The translations under genes and the position numbers were made by a program. Positions 32,535-45,958 of a DNA stretch of 64,000 nucleotides are shown piece after piece. The first letter of the stretch is position 1; every line of letters starts with the position of its first letter. Source of the stretch: Flavobacteriales bacterium (GTDB lineage: Bacteria; Bacteroidota; Bacteroidia; DT-38); assembly GCA_013214975.1 (NCBI GenBank), contig JABSPR010000020.1, positions 1,300 through 65,299 on the forward strand. Direction: 5' to 3'. The notes beneath the pieces are model-generated. The model was not told the origin of the DNA, searched no databases, and saw only the letters and a program-made list of their open reading frames with translations.

Positions 32535-32584
32535 CACTCCTTTTTTTGAGGGGAAAGTATGTGTAAAAGCATGGAAAATACGTT

Positions 32585-32658
32585 GCCGATGTAGCTCAGC
32601 TGGCTAGAGCAGCTGATTTGTAATCAGCAGGTCGGGGGTTCGACTCCCTCCATCGGCT
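32585..32658 (+). tRNA. tRNA-Thr (anticodon UGU)
   Basis: Cloverleaf: acceptor GCCGATG/CATCGGC, anticodon loop TTTGTAA, T-loop GGTTCGACTCC. Confidence 0.9.
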
Positions 32659-32691
32659 CACGTTCTTTTATAGATTGAAATAAAAAGAGTA

Positions 32692-32773
32692 GGGGAGATA
32701 CTCAAGCGGCCAACGAGGACAGACTGTAAATCTGTTGGTTTTACCTTCGAAGGTTCGAATCCTTCTCTCCCCA
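32692..32773 (+). tRNA. tRNA-Tyr (anticodon GUA)
   Basis: Acceptor GGGGAGA/TCTCCCC, anticodon loop CTGTAAA, long variable arm, T-loop GGTTCGAATCC. Confidence 0.9.
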
Positions 32774-32787
32774 CTGAAGAAGGTATT

Positions 32788-32861
32788 GCGGGAGTAGCTC
32801 AGCTGGCTAGAGCATCAGCCTTCCAAGCTGAGGGTCGCGGGTTCGAATCCCGTCTCCCGCT
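32788..32861 (+). tRNA. tRNA-Gly (anticodon UCC)
   Basis: Acceptor GCGGGAG/CTCCCGC, anticodon loop CTTCCAA, T-loop GGTTCGAATCC. Confidence 0.9.
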
Positions 32862-32884
32862 CAAAAATAATATCGGTTAGGTAA

Positions 32885-32956
32885 GCCGATGTAGCTCAGG
32901 GGTAGAGCGTTTCCTTGGTAAGGAAGAGGTCAGGGGTTCAATTCCCCTCATTGGCT
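32885..32956 (+). tRNA. tRNA-Thr (anticodon GGU)
   Basis: Acceptor GCCGATG/CATTGGC (one G-U pair), anticodon loop TTGGTAA, T-loop GGTTCAATTCC. Confidence 0.9.
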
Positions 32957-33054
32957 CTTATTAAAGGGCGCGCGGAAAGTAGAGGTAGAAAGAAAGAATA
33001 GAGAAATTAGAGTAATTAAGTAATAAGTAACATTAACAATAAACATTTAAGATC

Positions 33055-34242
33055 ATGGCAAAGGAAAATTTTGATAGGTCAAAACCACACCTTAATATAG
33101 GTACAATTGGTCACGTTGACCACGGTAAAACAACTTTGACTGCAGCGATTACTTCGGTATTGGCTTCTATGGGTTTAGCAGAGAAAAAAGCTTTCGATTC
33201 AATAGATATGGCTCCTGAGGAAAAAGAAAGGGGTATTACTATTAATACTGCTCACGTAGAGTATTCTACTGGAGCAAGACATTATGCTCACGTAGATTGT
33301 CCTGGTCACGCTGATTATGTTAAGAACATGGTTACTGGTGCTGCTCAAATGGATGGTGCGATATTAGTTGTTGCGGCAACGGATGGTCCTATGCCACAAA
33401 CAAGAGAGCATATCTTATTAGCTCGTCAAGTTGGGGTACCTAGTCTTGTTGTTTTCATGAACAAAGTAGATTTAGTTGATGATGATGAGTTGTTAGAATT
33501 GGTTGAGATGGAAGTGAGAGAATTACTTTCTTTCTACGATTACGACGGAGATAATATTCCTGTGATTCAGGGTTCTGCACTTGCAGGATTGGAGGGAACT
33601 GAAGGTGGTATTGCAAGTGTTATGGAATTAATGGATGCAGTTGATAATCATATTCCACTTCCAATAAGAGAAGTTGATAAGGATTTCTTAATGCCAGTTG
33701 AAGATGTATTCTCTATTACAGGTAGAGGTACTGTTGCAACAGGAAGAATTGAATCTGGAGTTATTAATTCAGGTGAAGCTGTGGATATCTTAGGATTTGG
33801 TGCTGAGAAATTGACAAGTACTGTTACAGGTGTTGAGATGTTCAGGAAAATTCTTGATAGAGGTGAAGCTGGCGATAACGTTGGTCTTTTATTAAGAGGT
33901 ATTGAAAAAGAGCATATCAAAAGAGGTATGGTAATCGTTAAACCTGGTACTGTTAAAACACATACTGAGTTTAAAGCAGAAGCTTATATCTTGAAAAAAG
34001 AAGAAGGTGGACGTCATACACCATTTCATAACAAATACCGACCTCAATTTTACTTAAGAACGACAGATGTTACTGGTGAGATCTTCTTAGAAGAAGGAAG
34101 AGAAATGGTAATGCCTGGAGATAACTTAACTATCATAGTTAAATTAATTGCTCCTGTTGCATTAAGCAAAGGATTAAGATTTGCAATTAGAGAAGGTGGA
34201 CGAACTGTTGGAGCAGGTCAAGTAACTGAGATCATAAAATAA
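33055..34242 (+). CDS. tuf: elongation factor Tu
   Basis: [11 protein letters not shown]-loop, DCPGHADY and NKVD motifs. Length is 395 aa. Confidence 0.97.
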   Translation: MAKENFDRSKPHLNIGTIGHVDHGKTTLTAAITSVLASMGLAEKKAFDSIDMAPEEKERGITINTAHVEYSTGARHYAHVDCPGHADYVKNMVTGAAQMDGAILVVAATDGPMPQTREHILLARQVGVPSLVVFMNKVDLVDDDELLELVEMEVRELLSFYDYDGDNIPVIQGSALAGLEGTEGGIASVMELMDAVDNHIPLPIREVDKDFLMPVEDVFSITGRGTVATGRIESGVINSGEAVDILGFGAEKLTSTVTGVEMFRKILDRGEAGDNVGLLLRGIEKEHIKRGMVIVKPGTVKTHTEFKAEAYILKKEEGGRHTPFHNKYRPQFYLRTTDVTGEIFLEEGREMVMPGDNLTIIVKLIAPVALSKGLRFAIREGGRTVGAGQVTEIIK

Positions 34243-34287
34243 TAACAACTAGTACTTTGCTTAAGTGATTTTTCACTTAAGTACTGT

Positions 34288-34360
34288 ACGGGTGTGGCTC
34301 AATTGGTAGAGTAGTGGTCTCCAAAACCATTGGTTGCAGGTTCGAGTCCTGCCACCCGTG
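34288..34360 (+). tRNA. tRNA-Trp (anticodon CCA)
   Basis: Acceptor ACGGGTG/CACCCGT, anticodon loop CTCCAAA, T-loop GGTTCGAGTCC. Confidence 0.9.
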
Positions 34361-34377
34361 CAAAAGAACAAATAACG

Positions 34378-34569
34378 ATGGGACTGAATACCTATTTTAA
34401 AGCGACATGGGACGAGTTAGTCAACAAAGTGTCATGGCCAACATGGCAAGAATTGCAGAGTAGCGCAATTGTGGTTATGGTTGCATCGTTGATTATTGCA
34501 TTGATCATTGGAATGATGGATAAATCTTTTAGCACTATCATGCAGATGTTTTACGACATGATGAGCTAA
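34378..34569 (+). CDS. secE: preprotein translocase subunit SecE
   Basis: A short single-TM protein ([45 protein letters not shown]). I chose the ATG at 34378 because the ORF-track start at 34330 lies inside tRNA-Trp. Confidence 0.8.
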   Translation: MGLNTYFKATWDELVNKVSWPTWQELQSSAIVVMVASLIIALIIGMMDKSFSTIMQMFYDMMS

Positions 34570-34585
34570 TTACTTACGATTATTA

Positions 34586-35152
34586 ATGACTGAAGAAGTT
34601 AAAATAGAAACCTCAAATAAAAAATGGTACGTAGTGCGTGCTATTAGTGGGAAGGAAAAGAAAGTTAAAGCTTATATAGAGCTTGAGATTTCTCGTCTGA
34701 AGATGACTAAATATGTTGGTCAGATTCTTATTCCTACAGAAAAGGTCTATCAGATAAGGAAAGGAAAGAAAGTTAGCAAGGAGCGAAATTTTTTCCCTGG
34801 TTATATTCTTATTGAAGCGGAATTGGTTGGAGAGATTGTTTTTGCAATTAAAAATGTAACCAATGTTATTGGATTTTTGGGAACTAAAGCTGGAGACCCA
34901 GTTCCATTAAGACAAACTGAGGTTAATAGAATATTAGGAAAGGTTGATGAAATGGCTGAAACTGCTGAAATAATGAATATTCCATTCATTGTTGGTGAGT
35001 CAGTTAAAGTCATCGACGGTCCGTTTAGTAGCTTCTCGGGTACGATTGAAGAAATTAATGAGGAGAAGAAGAAACTTAAAGTGATGGTTAAGATTTTCGG
35101 TAGAAAAACACCATTGGAGTTAAGCTATATGCAGGTTGAAAAAGAAATGTAA
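34586..35152 (+). CDS. nusG: transcription termination/antitermination factor NusG
   Basis: NGN domain ([14 protein letters not shown]) and KOW domain ([25 protein letters not shown]). Confidence 0.9.
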   Translation: MTEEVKIETSNKKWYVVRAISGKEKKVKAYIELEISRLKMTKYVGQILIPTEKVYQIRKGKKVSKERNFFPGYILIEAELVGEIVFAIKNVTNVIGFLGTKAGDPVPLRQTEVNRILGKVDEMAETAEIMNIPFIVGESVKVIDGPFSSFSGTIEEINEEKKKLKVMVKIFGRKTPLELSYMQVEKEM

Positions 35153-35164
35153 TCAAAAGATAAA

Positions 35165-35602
35165 ATGGCAAAGGTAGTATCAGCGTTAATTAAATTGCAA
35201 ATTAAAGGAGGAAGTGCAAACCCTTCACCACCAGTAGGACCTGCTCTTGGAGCAAAAGGTGTGAATATCATGGATTTTTGCAAGCAATTTAATGCAAGAA
35301 CAGAAGATAAGAGAGGTAAGATTGTACCTGCAGTTATTACGGTATATGCAGATAAATCGTTTGATTTTGTAATCAAAACTCCTCCTGCAGCAATAGAATT
35401 GAAAGAGGCTCTTAAGTTAAAGTCTGGATCTTCAGAACCTAATAGAATTAAAGTTGGGTCTGTTACTTGGGATCAGATTAGAACTATTGCTGAAATGAAA
35501 ATGACAGATTTGAATGCTTTTAAAATAGAGTCGGCAATGAAGATGGTTGCAGGTACAGCTCGTAGTATGGGGATCAACGTAAAAGGTGCTAAACCGTTTT
35601 AA
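35165..35602 (+). CDS. rplK: 50S ribosomal protein L11
   Basis: L11 N-terminal signature ([36 protein letters not shown]). Confidence 0.95.
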   Translation: MAKVVSALIKLQIKGGSANPSPPVGPALGAKGVNIMDFCKQFNARTEDKRGKIVPAVITVYADKSFDFVIKTPPAAIELKEALKLKSGSSEPNRIKVGSVTWDQIRTIAEMKMTDLNAFKIESAMKMVAGTARSMGINVKGAKPF

Positions 35603-35623
35603 GAATAGATAGAATTAATTCTG

Positions 35624-36313
35624 ATGGCTAGATTAACAAAAAAGAAAAAAGAGGCGCAAGGTAAATACGATGCTGAAAAGCAATATTCGTTACTTGAGGC
35701 TGCTGGAATAGTAAAGGATATTACTAATACAAACTTTGATTCAAGCATTGAAATAAGTGTTCGGTTAAATGTAAATCCAACAAAGGCAAATGAAATGGTA
35801 AGAGGTAATGTTGCTCTTCCTCATGGTCTTGGTAAGGAAGTTACAGTTTTAGTATTATGTACTCCAGACAAGGAAGAGGAAGCTAAAGCAGCTGGTGCTG
35901 ATTTTGTTGGGTTGGATGATTATATTGAGAAGATCAGAGGTGGTTGGACAGATATTGATTCAATTATTACTATGCCTAGCATAATGGGTAAAATTGGCGC
36001 ATTAGGAAAAGTTTTAGGACCACGTGGATTAATGCCTAACCCTAAAACAGGTACAGTTACAATGGAAGTTGGGAAGGCTGTTACTGCAATTAAAGCGGGT
36101 AAGATTGATTTTAAAGTAGATAAAACTGGGATTATTCATTCTGCTGTTGGAAAGGCTTCTTTTGATAAAGAAAAAATTTCTGAGAATGCAAATGAGCTTA
36201 TTCAAACTATTATTAAGTTGAAGCCTGCATCTACAAAGGGTATTTACATTAAAAGTTTATCAATGTGTAGTACGATGAGTACTTCTGTCTCGGTTGACAC
36301 GAAAACATTGTAA
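35624..36313 (+). CDS. rplA: 50S ribosomal protein L1
   Basis: L1 family conservation ([34 protein letters not shown]). Confidence 0.95.
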   Translation: MARLTKKKKEAQGKYDAEKQYSLLEAAGIVKDITNTNFDSSIEISVRLNVNPTKANEMVRGNVALPHGLGKEVTVLVLCTPDKEEEAKAAGADFVGLDDYIEKIRGGWTDIDSIITMPSIMGKIGALGKVLGPRGLMPNPKTGTVTMEVGKAVTAIKAGKIDFKVDKTGIIHSAVGKASFDKEKISENANELIQTIIKLKPASTKGIYIKSLSMCSTMSTSVSVDTKTL

Positions 36314-36335
36314 TATAATATAGAAGATTGTTATC

Positions 36336-36857
36336 ATGACAAGAGCGGAAAAAGATCAGTTAATAGGAAGCTTAACTACAGAGCTAGCAAATAGCGCCAA
36401 TTTATATATTACCGATATATCCGGAATGGATATGGTAGGCACAAGTAAGTTGCGTAAAATGTGCTTCGACAAGAATGTGACTTTATCGGTTACGAAAAAC
36501 ACATTGTTGAAAAGAGCAATGGAGAATTCGGAAACAGATTACTCCGAGTTATACGATGTGTTAAAAGGAAACACAGCTATTATGTTTTCTGAAAGTGCAA
36601 GTGAGCCAGCTAAACTAATAGAGAAGTTTAGAAAGAAAAAGGATAGGCCTTATGTTAAAGCTGCTTTCATTGAAGAGACAGTATACATTGGTGATGAGAA
36701 TTTGAAAATGTTAAGTAACATCAAGTCTAAAAACGAAATGATTGGGGAAGTGATTGGAATACTTCAATCTCCAGCTAAAAATGTTATTTCTGCTCTTCAA
36801 TCAGGAGGACAGACATTATCGGGAATTGTTAAAACCTTAGGGGAGAGACAAGAATAA
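36336..36857 (+). CDS. rplJ: 50S ribosomal protein L10
   Basis: L10 family conservation and its position between rplA and rplL. Confidence 0.95.
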   Translation: MTRAEKDQLIGSLTTELANSANLYITDISGMDMVGTSKLRKMCFDKNVTLSVTKNTLLKRAMENSETDYSELYDVLKGNTAIMFSESASEPAKLIEKFRKKKDRPYVKAAFIEETVYIGDENLKMLSNIKSKNEMIGEVIGILQSPAKNVISALQSGGQTLSGIVKTLGERQE

Positions 36858-36889
36858 TTTTATATACAACAACAATTAAATTTAATACA

Positions 36890-37267
36890 ATGGCAGATTT
36901 AAAATCATTTGCAGATCAACTAGTAAGTTTATCAGTAAAAGAAGTCAATGAGTTGGCTGGAATCTTGAAAGATGAGCACGGTATCGAACCAGCGGCAGCA
37001 GCAGTTGCAGTAGCAGGTCCTGGAGCAGGAGCAGCTGAAGAAGCAGGTGAGGAACAAACTGAATTCGATGTAGTTTTAACTGAAGCAGGTGGTTCAAAAT
37101 TAGCAGTAGTAAAATTAGTTAAAGAACTAACTGGTTTAGGTCTTAAAGAGGCAAAAGAAATGGTAGACGGAGCACCGAAAGCTATTAAAGAAGCAGTGTC
37201 TAAGGACGAAGCTGAGTCTCTTAAAGCAAAATTAGAAGAAGCTGGAGCTTCAGTTGAATTAAAATAA
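36890..37267 (+). CDS. rplL: 50S ribosomal protein L7/L12
   Basis: Ala-rich hinge ([18 protein letters not shown]) and the C-terminal domain ([56 protein letters not shown]). Confidence 0.95.
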   Translation: MADLKSFADQLVSLSVKEVNELAGILKDEHGIEPAAAAVAVAGPGAGAAEEAGEEQTEFDVVLTEAGGSKLAVVKLVKELTGLGLKEAKEMVDGAPKAIKEAVSKDEAESLKAKLEEAGASVELK

Positions 37268-37283
37268 TCAACTGATTCCAGTG

Positions 37284-37320
37284 CTAACCTGGCTTAGTCA
37301 GGTTAGTGTTTTCTTGTTTC
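37284..37320 (+). terminator. intrinsic terminator/attenuator hairpin between rplL and rpoB
   Basis: 8-bp stem CTAACCTG / CAGGTTAG with a 7-nt loop, followed by a T-rich tract (TGTTTTCTTGTTTC). This is the same position as the classical rplL-rpoB attenuator. Confidence 0.55.
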
Positions 37321-37370
37321 GCAATTGAGATTTTTTCAGAGTTATATTTCTTAACTAATTATATTATTAC

Positions 37371-40300
37371 ATGGCTACAGAAAAGAGGATTAATTTTTCG
37401 AGAACGAAAAATAAGTTAGAGTACCCTGACTTTCTTGATGTGCAAATCCAGTCGTATACGGACTTTTTTCAGATTAACACTGCACCTGAAAAGAGAAACA
37501 ACGAAGGTCTCTATAAAGTTTTCGCTGAAAACTTCCCTATAACTGATTCACGGAATCAGTTTGTATTGGAGTTTTTGGGATATTCTATAGATCCACCTAG
37601 ATATTCTTTAGAGGAATGTTGTGAGCGTGGTTTATCTTATAGCTTGCCGTTAAAGGCAAAGCTTAAGCTGTATTGTACTGATCCTGAACATGAGGATTTC
37701 GAAACAATTGTGCAAGATGTATATTTGGGAACTATCCCTTATATGACTCCTAAAGGTTCGTTTATAATAAACGGAGCAGAAAGAGTTATCGTTTCGCAAT
37801 TGCATAGATCGCCTGGTGTTTTCTTTGGTCAAAATTTTCATGCAAATGGTACAAAACTGTACTCTGCAAGGGTAATTCCTTTTAGAGGATCTTGGATTGA
37901 GTTTACGACGGATATTAATCACGTAATGTATGCGTATATCGATCGTAAGAAAAAGTTACCTGTTACTACTTTGCTTAGGGCAATTGGTTATGAGAGTGAC
38001 AAAGAGATCCTTCAGATCTTTGACTTGGCTGATGAAATGAAAGTTAGCAAAGCCGCTCTTAAGAAAGTTATCGGTAGAAAACTTGCTGCAAGAGTATTAA
38101 AAACTTGGATCGAGGATTTTGTTGATGAGGATACTGGTGAGGTTGTTTCTATCGAAAGAAATGAAATGATAATCGATAGAGAGACTGTTATTGAAAAAGA
38201 GCATATCGAACTTATTCTTGAATCTGAAACTAAATCAATCATCCTACACAAGGAGAATGTAAATACTGCTGACTATGCAATTATTTACAATACTTTACAA
38301 AAGGATGCTACGAATTCTGGTAAAGAAGCTGTAGAATATATCTATCGTCAGTTAAGAAATACTGAGCCTCCAGATGAGGAAACTGCAAGAGGTGTAATTG
38401 ATAAATTATTCTTCTCTGATAAACGGTATGATTTAGGTGAAGTTGGTCGATACAGAATTAATAAGAAATTAAACTTAGATACACCTGTAGATACAAAGAC
38501 TTTAACTAGAGAAGATATTATTTGCATAATAACTTATTTGATCGAGTTGGTTAACTCAAAAGCAGATGTTGATGATATTGATCATTTAAGTAATAGAAGA
38601 GTAAGAACTGTTGGTGAGCAACTGTTCACTCAATTCGGTGTTGGGCTTTCAAGAATGGCTAGAACTATTCGTGAAAGAATGAATGTTCGAGATAATGAGG
38701 TTTTTACTCCTATCGATTTGATTAATGCAAAGACTCTGTCCTCTGTTATTAATTCATTCTTTGGAACTAACCAGTTGTCACAGTTTATGGATCAAACGAA
38801 TCCATTAGCTGAGATTACGCACAAAAGAAGACTTTCTGCACTTGGACCAGGTGGTTTATCAAGAGAAAGAGCTGGTTTTGAGGTAAGGGATGTTCATTAT
38901 ACGCATTATGGTAGACTTTGTACTATTGAAACTCCAGAGGGACCAAACATTGGTTTGATATCTTCTCTTTGCGTATACGCGAAAATTAATAAGCTTGGAT
39001 TCATTGAAACACCTTACCGAAGTGTTACTGATGGTAAAGTGGATTTCGTTACAGTTCCTAAGTATTTAAGTGCGGAGGAAGAGGATTCTCATACAATCGC
39101 TCAAGCGAATGCTCCTATTGATGATGCTGGAAAGTTCATTAATAAGGAAGTTAAAGCAAGATTCGAGGGTGATTTTCCTGTTGTGCCACCGAAGGATGTC
39201 GATTTAATTGATGTTGCTCCTAATCAGATTACGTCTATTGCTGCATCTTTAATTCCATTCTTAGAGAATGATGATGCGAATAGAGCCCTGATGGGATCGA
39301 ATATGCAACGTCAAGCTACACCATTATTAAATCCACAAGCTCCTGTAGTCGGAACTGGATTGGAAGCCAAAGTTGCTGAAGATTCTAGAGTTCTAATTAA
39401 TGCAGAAGGCGAAGGTATTATCGAATATGTTGATGGAGATGAAATTCGAGTTAAATATAGTAGAAGCAAAGAAGATGAATTAATCAGCTTTGATGATACT
39501 GTAAAAAGCTATGGGTTAACAAAATTCAAGAAAACGAATCAAAGTACTTGTATTAACTTGAGGCCAATTGTTGTAGTAGGTGAGAAGGTAAGAAAAGGTC
39601 AGGTGTTATGTGAGGGTTATGCTACGGATAACGGTGAGTTAGCTTTAGGTCGTAACTTAAAAGTAGCTTTTATGCCTTGGAAAGGGTATAACTTTGAGGA
39701 TGCAATTGTGATCTCTCAAAAGGTTGTTAAAGACGATATCTTTACCTCTATACACATAGATGAATATTCTATGGACGTAAGAGATACTAAACGTGGTTTA
39801 GAGGAACTTACTCCTGATATTCCTAATGTAAGTGAAGAAGCAACGAAGGATCTAGATGAAAATGGATTGATTCGTATCGGTGCTGAAGTTAAAGAAGGAG
39901 ATATCTTAATTGGGAAAATAACCCCTAAAGGAGAAACGGATCCTTCTCCTGAAGAGAAACTATTGAGAGCAATTTTTGGAGATAAAGCAGGAGATGTTAA
40001 AGATGCCTCATTAAAAGTATCGCCGTCTGTTAACGGTATCGTAATTGGTAAGAAATTATTTACTAGAGCTCTTAAAGAGAGAAAGCATAAAACACAAGAT
40101 AAATCTGTAATTGATGCAATCGAGTCTGATCATGATGCTGAGAATGCTAGGTTAAAGAACTTGTTAGTGGAGAGATTGTTTTCTATCGTGAATGGTAAGA
40201 CTTCGCAAGGTGTAATTAATCACTTTAATGAAGAGATCATCAAGAAAGGAACAAAATACACACAAAAACTTCTTCAAAAAGTTGAGTATGCTGATATCGA

Positions 40301-41171
40301 TTCAAGTAGATGGACTACAGACTCAGATAAAAATAACGTCATTAAAAAATTATTACATAACTACAATGTAAAGTTTAATGAAGAGTTAGGTGAATTCAGA
40401 AGAAAGAAGTTTGCTATAACGGTTGGTGATGAATTGCCCTCTGGTATTGTTAAAATGGCTAAAGTTTATATTGCTCAAAAAAGGAAACTTAAAGTGGGTG
40501 ATAAAATGGCTGGACGTCATGGTAATAAAGGTATCGTTGCTAAAATAGTTAGAGAAGAGGATATGCCTTTCTTGGAAGATGGTACTGCTGTTGATATTGT
40601 ACTTAATCCACTTGGTGTACCTTCTAGGATGAACTTAGGCCAGATTTATGAAACGGTTCTTGGTTGGGCTGGTGTGCAAACAGGTGTTAAGTTTGCAACT
40701 CCCATTTTTGATGGAGCATCTGTTGAGGAAATTGGCAAATATGTGAAAGATGCTGGATTACCAGAATATGGTATGACATATCTATATGATGGTGGTACAG
40801 GTGATAAATTTGATCAGCCTGCGACAGTTGGTGTGATCTATATGATTAAACTACATCACTTGATTGATGATAAAATGCATGCGAGATCAATTGGGCCATA
40901 TTCACTCATTACACAACAACCTCTTGGTGGTAAAGCACAGTTTGGTGGTCAACGTTTTGGAGAGATGGAAGTTTGGGCAGTTGAAGCATTCGGTGCGGCA
41001 AATATTCTTCAAGAATTATTGACTATAAAATCAGATGATGTTAGTGGTAGAGCGAAAGCTTATGAAGCTATCGTTAAAGGAGAGGCAATGCCTACACCTG
41101 GAGTTCCTGAGTCCTTCAGTGTATTATTGCATGAACTTAGAGGATTAGGATTGAATATAGCATTAGAGTAA
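37371..41171 (+). CDS. rpoB: DNA-directed RNA polymerase subunit beta
   Basis: The 1266-aa protein shows full RpoB conservation. Confidence 0.98.
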   Translation: MATEKRINFSRTKNKLEYPDFLDVQIQSYTDFFQINTAPEKRNNEGLYKVFAENFPITDSRNQFVLEFLGYSIDPPRYSLEECCERGLSYSLPLKAKLKLYCTDPEHEDFETIVQDVYLGTIPYMTPKGSFIINGAERVIVSQLHRSPGVFFGQNFHANGTKLYSARVIPFRGSWIEFTTDINHVMYAYIDRKKKLPVTTLLRAIGYESDKEILQIFDLADEMKVSKAALKKVIGRKLAARVLKTWIEDFVDEDTGEVVSIERNEMIIDRETVIEKEHIELILESETKSIILHKENVNTADYAIIYNTLQKDATNSGKEAVEYIYRQLRNTEPPDEETARGVIDKLFFSDKRYDLGEVGRYRINKKLNLDTPVDTKTLTREDIICIITYLIELVNSKADVDDIDHLSNRRVRTVGEQLFTQFGVGLSRMARTIRERMNVRDNEVFTPIDLINAKTLSSVINSFFGTNQLSQFMDQTNPLAEITHKRRLSALGPGGLSRERAGFEVRDVHYTHYGRLCTIETPEGPNIGLISSLCVYAKINKLGFIETPYRSVTDGKVDFVTVPKYLSAEEEDSHTIAQANAPIDDAGKFINKEVKARFEGDFPVVPPKDVDLIDVAPNQITSIAASLIPFLENDDANRALMGSNMQRQATPLLNPQAPVVGTGLEAKVAEDSRVLINAEGEGIIEYVDGDEIRVKYSRSKEDELISFDDTVKSYGLTKFKKTNQSTCINLRPIVVVGEKVRKGQVLCEGYATDNGELALGRNLKVAFMPWKGYNFEDAIVISQKVVKDDIFTSIHIDEYSMDVRDTKRGLEELTPDIPNVSEEATKDLDENGLIRIGAEVKEGDILIGKITPKGETDPSPEEKLLRAIFGDKAGDVKDASLKVSPSVNGIVIGKKLFTRALKERKHKTQDKSVIDAIESDHDAENARLKNLLVERLFSIVNGKTSQGVINHFNEEIIKKGTKYTQKLLQKVEYADIDSSRWTTDSDKNNVIKKLLHNYNVKFNEELGEFRRKKFAITVGDELPSGIVKMAKVYIAQKRKLKVGDKMAGRHGNKGIVAKIVREEDMPFLEDGTAVDIVLNPLGVPSRMNLGQIYETVLGWAGVQTGVKFATPIFDGASVEEIGKYVKDAGLPEYGMTYLYDGGTGDKFDQPATVGVIYMIKLHHLIDDKMHARSIGPYSLITQQPLGGKAQFGGQRFGEMEVWAVEAFGAANILQELLTIKSDDVSGRAKAYEAIVKGEAMPTPGVPESFSVLLHELRGLGLNIALE

Positions 41172-41210
41172 AAAAGAAGTAAATTATTAATTACTAATAA
41201 TTGTTGATTA

Positions 41211-44200
41211 ATGGCTTTTAAAAAGGAAAGTAAGATAAAGAACGATTTTAAAAAAATCGTTATCAGTTTAGCGTCACCAGAAATGATTTTAGAAAGATCT
41301 AGTGGTGAAGTGTTGAAACCAGAAACAATTAATTACAGAACTTATAAACCTGAAAGAGATGGTTTATTCTGTGAAAGAATTTTTGGTCCTGTTAAAGACT
41401 GGGAATGCCATTGTGGAAAGTACAAGAGAATTAGATATCGTGGAATTATTTGCGATAGATGTGGTGTTGAAGTGACGGAGAAAAAAGTACGTCGTGAGAG
41501 AATGGGACACATCTCTCTAGTTGTACCAGTTGCCCATATTTGGTATTTTAAATCGTTACCTAATAAAATTGGTTATTTATTAGGTCTTCCTACCAAAAGG
41601 TTGGACATGATTATCTATTATGAAAGATATGTAATCATTCAAGCTGCAGGTACGTTAAATAAAGAGGGTGAGCCTTATCAGTATTTGGATTTCATAACGG
41701 AGGAAGAATACCTTGATATTTTAGAAGCTAGACCTATTGAAAGTCAGTATCTAGATGATTCTGATCCAGAGAAATTTATTGCAAAAATGGGTGCGGAAGC
41801 ATTGTTTGATTTGCTTTCTAGAATTGATTTGGATGATCTTTCTTTCCAATTAAGAGATAAGGCTTCCAAAGAAACTTCGCAACAAAGAAAGAATGAAGCG
41901 TTAAAAAGGCTTCAAGTTGTTGAAGCATTTAGAAATGCCAACACTAGGATTGTTAACAAGCCTGAGTGGATGATCATCAAGGTAGTACCTGTAATTCCAC
42001 CTGAATTACGTCCATTGGTACCTCTAGATGGTGGTCGTTTTGCGACTTCTGATTTGAATGATTTATACAGAAGGGTAATCATTAGAAACAATCGACTAAA
42101 AAGATTGATTGAAATTAAAGCTCCTGAAGTAATCTTACGTAACGAAAAAAGAATGTTGCAGGAAGCTGTAGATTCATTACTTGATAATACACGTAAGGCA
42201 AGTGCTGTTAAAACTGAATCAAACAGAGCGCTTAAGTCATTAAGTGATAGTTTAAAGGGTAAGTCTGGTAGATTCCGTCAAAATTTATTAGGAAAGAGGG
42301 TAGATTATTCTGCAAGATCTGTAATTGTTGTAGGGCCAGATTTGAAGCTACATGAGTGTGGTCTTCCTAAAGACATGGCCGCTGAACTTTTCAAGCCGTT
42401 TGTCATTAGAAAACTTATTGAAAGGGGCATTGTGAAAACAGTGAAGTCTGCAAAGAAAATTGTAGATAAAAAGCATGCGGTAATTTGGGATATATTGGAA
42501 AATGTATTAACGGGGCATCCAGTTATGCTTAACAGGGCTCCTACTCTTCACAGATTAGGTATCCAAGCTTTCCAACCAAAACTTATTGAAGGGAAAGCAA
42601 TACAGTTACATCCTTTAGTTTGTACAGCGTTTAACGCGGATTTTGATGGTGATCAGATGGCGGTTCATTTACCTTTAGGTAATGCAGCTATTTTGGAAGC
42701 TCAAATGTTAATGTTAGCTTCTCATAATATTCTTAACCCTGCAAATGGCGCTCCAGTTACTGTTCCTTCGCAGGATATGGTTTTGGGTCTATATTATATG
42801 ACCAAAGGTAGAGTGAGTGAAGAAGGGGCTCCTGTTAAAGGTGAAGGATTATCTTTTTATTCTCCTGAGGAACTTATCATTGCTTACAATGAGAAGAAAG
42901 TAGATCTACATGCTTGGATTAAAATTAGAACAGAAGTTTTAGGTGATGATGGTGAAACAAAACTTGCTATTATTGATACTACTTGTGGCCGAGTTTTATT
43001 TAACGAAGTTGTACCTCAAGAAGTAGGCTATATAAACGAAGTTTTAACTAAAAAAGCATTAAGAGATATTATTGGTCTTATCCAAAAGAGAACGGGTATG
43101 GCAAATACAGCTGCATTCCTTGACGAAATTAAGGACATGGGATTTACCATGGCATTTAAAGGAGGTTTGTCGTTTAATCTTGAAGATATTATTATCCCAG
43201 ATATTAAAGCTGAATTAGTTGCTACAGCTGCCGCTAAAGTAGATGAGGTTAAGAAAAACTATGGAATGGGATTTATAACGAACAACGAACGTTATAATCA
43301 AATTGTAGATATCTGGAGTAATGCGAATGCAAAGCTTACTCAAAACTTAATGGATACCATTAAGGAAAGCAAGCAAGGGTTTAACTCAATCTATATGATG
43401 TTTGATTCTGGTGCTAGGGGTTCTAGAGAGCAGATTAGACAGTTATCGGGAATGAGGGGTCTAATGGCTAAACCTCAGAAATCTGGTGCAACAGGAGGAG
43501 AAATTATCGAAAATCCAATTCTTGCAAACTTTAAAGAAGGTTTGTCAATTCTTGAGTACTTTATTTCTACTCACGGTGCTAGAAAAGGTTTGGCAGATAC
43601 AGCGCTTAAAACAGCTGATGCGGGTTACCTGACTAGAAGATTAGTAGATGTTGCTCAAGATGTAGTAATTACCGATGCAGATTGTGGTACGCTTAGAGGC
43701 CTAATAGCATCAGCTCTTAAAAAGAATGAAGAAGAAGTAGAATCTTTATACGATAGAGTACTGGGTAGGACAACGGTTCATGATGTATTTAATCCACTTG
43801 ATGATGCATTAATTATTGAAGCTGGAGAGCAAATTACTGAAGAAGTTGCTAAGATCATTGAGGATTCTCCGATAGAACATGTTGAAATACGTTCTGTACT
43901 TACTTGTGAGATGACAAGAGGCGTTTGTGCTAAATGCTATGGTAGAAACCTTGCATCTGGATTTATGGTTCAGAGAGGTGAAGCCGTTGGTGTTATTGCT
44001 GCTCAGTCTATTGGTGAACCGGGTACACAGTTAACGCTTAGAACTTTCCACGTTGGGGGTACTGCTTCCACTTCTACTGTTGCATCTAGTATTGTTGCAA
44101 AAGCTGACGGTAAATTAGATATTGATGAACTCAAGACAGTTAAGAATTCTAAAGATGAAGTAGTGGTTATTGGACGTTCTGCAGAGATGCGTTTGATTGA

Positions 44201-45521
44201 TGATGAAAAAGGAATTATTTTATCTACAAATAATATTCCTTATGGTGCACACTTATTTATTAAGAATGGTTCTAAAGTTAAAAAAGGAGATATTCTTTGC
44301 GAATGGGATCCATATAATGCGGTAATTATTTCTGAATCAGCTGGTAAGGTTGAGTTTGAGAGTATTGAAGAAGGATATACATTTAGAGAAGAGTCTGATG
44401 AGCAAACTGGATTTAAGGAAAAGGTAATAATCGATTCAAAGGATAAGACAAAGAACCCTGCTATGCATATTATGAGTGGCAAAGATGTTTTGAATTCTTA
44501 TAATATTCCGGTTGGTGCGCATATTTCAATTGACAAAGGGCAAAAGATTAGTGCAGGACAAATTCTTGTTAAGATACCTAGATCATCTGGTAAAACGGGT
44601 GATATTACAGGTGGACTACCAAGAGTAACTGAATTGTTTGAGGCACGTAATCCTTCTAATCCAGCTGTTGTTTCTGAAATTGATGGAGTTGTTTCTTTTG
44701 GAAAAATCAAGAGAGGTAATAGAGAGATAATTGTTGAATCGAGAACGGGTGAGATTAAGAAATACTTGGCTTCATTATCTAAGCATATTCTTGTTCAAGA
44801 AAATGACTATGTAAGAGCTGGTACAAGGTTATCTGAGGGAGCAATTACTCCTGCTGATATCTTGGCTATTGAAGGACCAACTAAAGTACAAGAGTACTTA
44901 GTGAATGAAATTCAGGAAGTTTATCGTTTGCAAGGTGTGAAGATTAATGATAAGCATTTTGAAGTTATTGTTCGTCAAATGATGAGGAAAGTAATTATTG
45001 CTGATCAAGGGGATACTAAATTCTTAGAGAAGCAAAGTGTTACCAAGCTTAGCTTTAGAGGTGAAAATGATTGGATTTTTGGTCGTAAAGTTGTTCTTGA
45101 TAGTGGAGATTCTGCTACTGTGAAAGTTGGGCAAATAATTACTTCTAGAAAACTAAGAGATGAAAATTCAATGCTAAAAAGAAAGGATAAGAAGTTAATA
45201 GAGTCCAGAGACGCTATTAATGCAACTTCTAGTCCTATTCTTCAAGGTATAACTAGAGCATCTTTACAGACAGATTCGTTTATTTCTGCTGCTTCGTTCC
45301 AGGAAACTACTAAGGTTCTTAATGAGGCTGCCATTAATGGGAAGGAAGATTACTTAAAAGGCCTTAAGGAGAATGTTATTGTTGGTCATTTAATTCCTGC
45401 AGGTACTGGCGTTAGAGAATACTCGAACATAGTTGTGGGTTCTCAAAGTGAATATGATAAACTTACAGGTACTAGTAAAGAAGTGGCTGAGGAAGTAACA
45501 GAGGCAGTAGTAATTGAATAG
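41211..45521 (+). CDS. rpoC: DNA-directed RNA polymerase subunit beta'
   Basis: The 1436-aa protein has the zinc-binding CxxC...CxxC motifs and the NADFDGD catalytic motif. Confidence 0.98.
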   Translation: MAFKKESKIKNDFKKIVISLASPEMILERSSGEVLKPETINYRTYKPERDGLFCERIFGPVKDWECHCGKYKRIRYRGIICDRCGVEVTEKKVRRERMGHISLVVPVAHIWYFKSLPNKIGYLLGLPTKRLDMIIYYERYVIIQAAGTLNKEGEPYQYLDFITEEEYLDILEARPIESQYLDDSDPEKFIAKMGAEALFDLLSRIDLDDLSFQLRDKASKETSQQRKNEALKRLQVVEAFRNANTRIVNKPEWMIIKVVPVIPPELRPLVPLDGGRFATSDLNDLYRRVIIRNNRLKRLIEIKAPEVILRNEKRMLQEAVDSLLDNTRKASAVKTESNRALKSLSDSLKGKSGRFRQNLLGKRVDYSARSVIVVGPDLKLHECGLPKDMAAELFKPFVIRKLIERGIVKTVKSAKKIVDKKHAVIWDILENVLTGHPVMLNRAPTLHRLGIQAFQPKLIEGKAIQLHPLVCTAFNADFDGDQMAVHLPLGNAAILEAQMLMLASHNILNPANGAPVTVPSQDMVLGLYYMTKGRVSEEGAPVKGEGLSFYSPEELIIAYNEKKVDLHAWIKIRTEVLGDDGETKLAIIDTTCGRVLFNEVVPQEVGYINEVLTKKALRDIIGLIQKRTGMANTAAFLDEIKDMGFTMAFKGGLSFNLEDIIIPDIKAELVATAAAKVDEVKKNYGMGFITNNERYNQIVDIWSNANAKLTQNLMDTIKESKQGFNSIYMMFDSGARGSREQIRQLSGMRGLMAKPQKSGATGGEIIENPILANFKEGLSILEYFISTHGARKGLADTALKTADAGYLTRRLVDVAQDVVITDADCGTLRGLIASALKKNEEEVESLYDRVLGRTTVHDVFNPLDDALIIEAGEQITEEVAKIIEDSPIEHVEIRSVLTCEMTRGVCAKCYGRNLASGFMVQRGEAVGVIAAQSIGEPGTQLTLRTFHVGGTASTSTVASSIVAKADGKLDIDELKTVKNSKDEVVVIGRSAEMRLIDDEKGIILSTNNIPYGAHLFIKNGSKVKKGDILCEWDPYNAVIISESAGKVEFESIEEGYTFREESDEQTGFKEKVIIDSKDKTKNPAMHIMSGKDVLNSYNIPVGAHISIDKGQKISAGQILVKIPRSSGKTGDITGGLPRVTELFEARNPSNPAVVSEIDGVVSFGKIKRGNREIIVESRTGEIKKYLASLSKHILVQENDYVRAGTRLSEGAITPADILAIEGPTKVQEYLVNEIQEVYRLQGVKINDKHFEVIVRQMMRKVIIADQGDTKFLEKQSVTKLSFRGENDWIFGRKVVLDSGDSATVKVGQIITSRKLRDENSMLKRKDKKLIESRDAINATSSPILQGITRASLQTDSFISAASFQETTKVLNEAAINGKEDYLKGLKENVIVGHLIPAGTGVREYSNIVVGSQSEYDKLTGTSKEVAEEVTEAVVIE

Positions 45522-45855
45522 TGTTGATAAGATGGCTGGCGAAATAGAAGGAAAGGATAAAAATCAATTGAATATTGAATTATCTGAAGAGATTGCGGAT
45601 GGTATCTATTCAAATCTTGCTATCGTGAATCACTCTAACTCTGAATTTGTTTTAGACTTTATTAGAGTAATGCCAGGCTTGCCAAAGGCGAAAGTAAAAT
45701 CTAGAATTGTACTTACACCTCAACATGCTAAACGGTTATTATCAGCGCTTAATAATAATATTGTAAAGTTTGAAAGCACGCATGGTGCAATTCCTGAAAT
45801 GGAACCTCAGGCTACCGTTCCAATGAATTTTGGCGGGCCGGCCGCAGAGGCTTAA
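45514..45855 (+). CDS. DUF3467 family protein
   Basis: A small protein conserved immediately downstream of rpoC in Bacteroidota ([21 protein letters not shown]...). It overlaps the rpoC stop by 8 nt. An alternative start is at ~45532. Confidence 0.7.
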   Translation: MNSVDKMAGEIEGKDKNQLNIELSEEIADGIYSNLAIVNHSNSEFVLDFIRVMPGLPKAKVKSRIVLTPQHAKRLLSALNNNIVKFESTHGAIPEMEPQATVPMNFGGPAAEA

Positions 45856-45869
45856 TTAAAGAGTTTTAA

Positions 45870-45909
45870 GTGTAAGTTTTGAATTCTAAACAGAATTTGA
45901 AACTTACAC
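45870..45909. repeat. long near-perfect inverted repeat (hairpin) between convergent operons
   Basis: GTGTAAGTTT ... AAACTTACAC outer arms with an inner AATTCT/AGAATT pair. No adjacent T-run on either strand. Confidence 0.4.
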
Positions 45910-45958
45910 GAAATTCCCTTCCGAATCTGTTTCTAATATATTACCCGAATATTTTTTC

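Noticed and set aside
34330-34377. ORF-track start of secE at 34330 (TTG)
   Set aside because: That start lies inside the tRNA-Trp gene (about 34288..34360). The ATG at 34378 gives a normal 63-aa SecE.
44240-44710. Minus-strand ORFs 44240..44482 and 44498..44710
   Set aside because: Antisense within rpoC.
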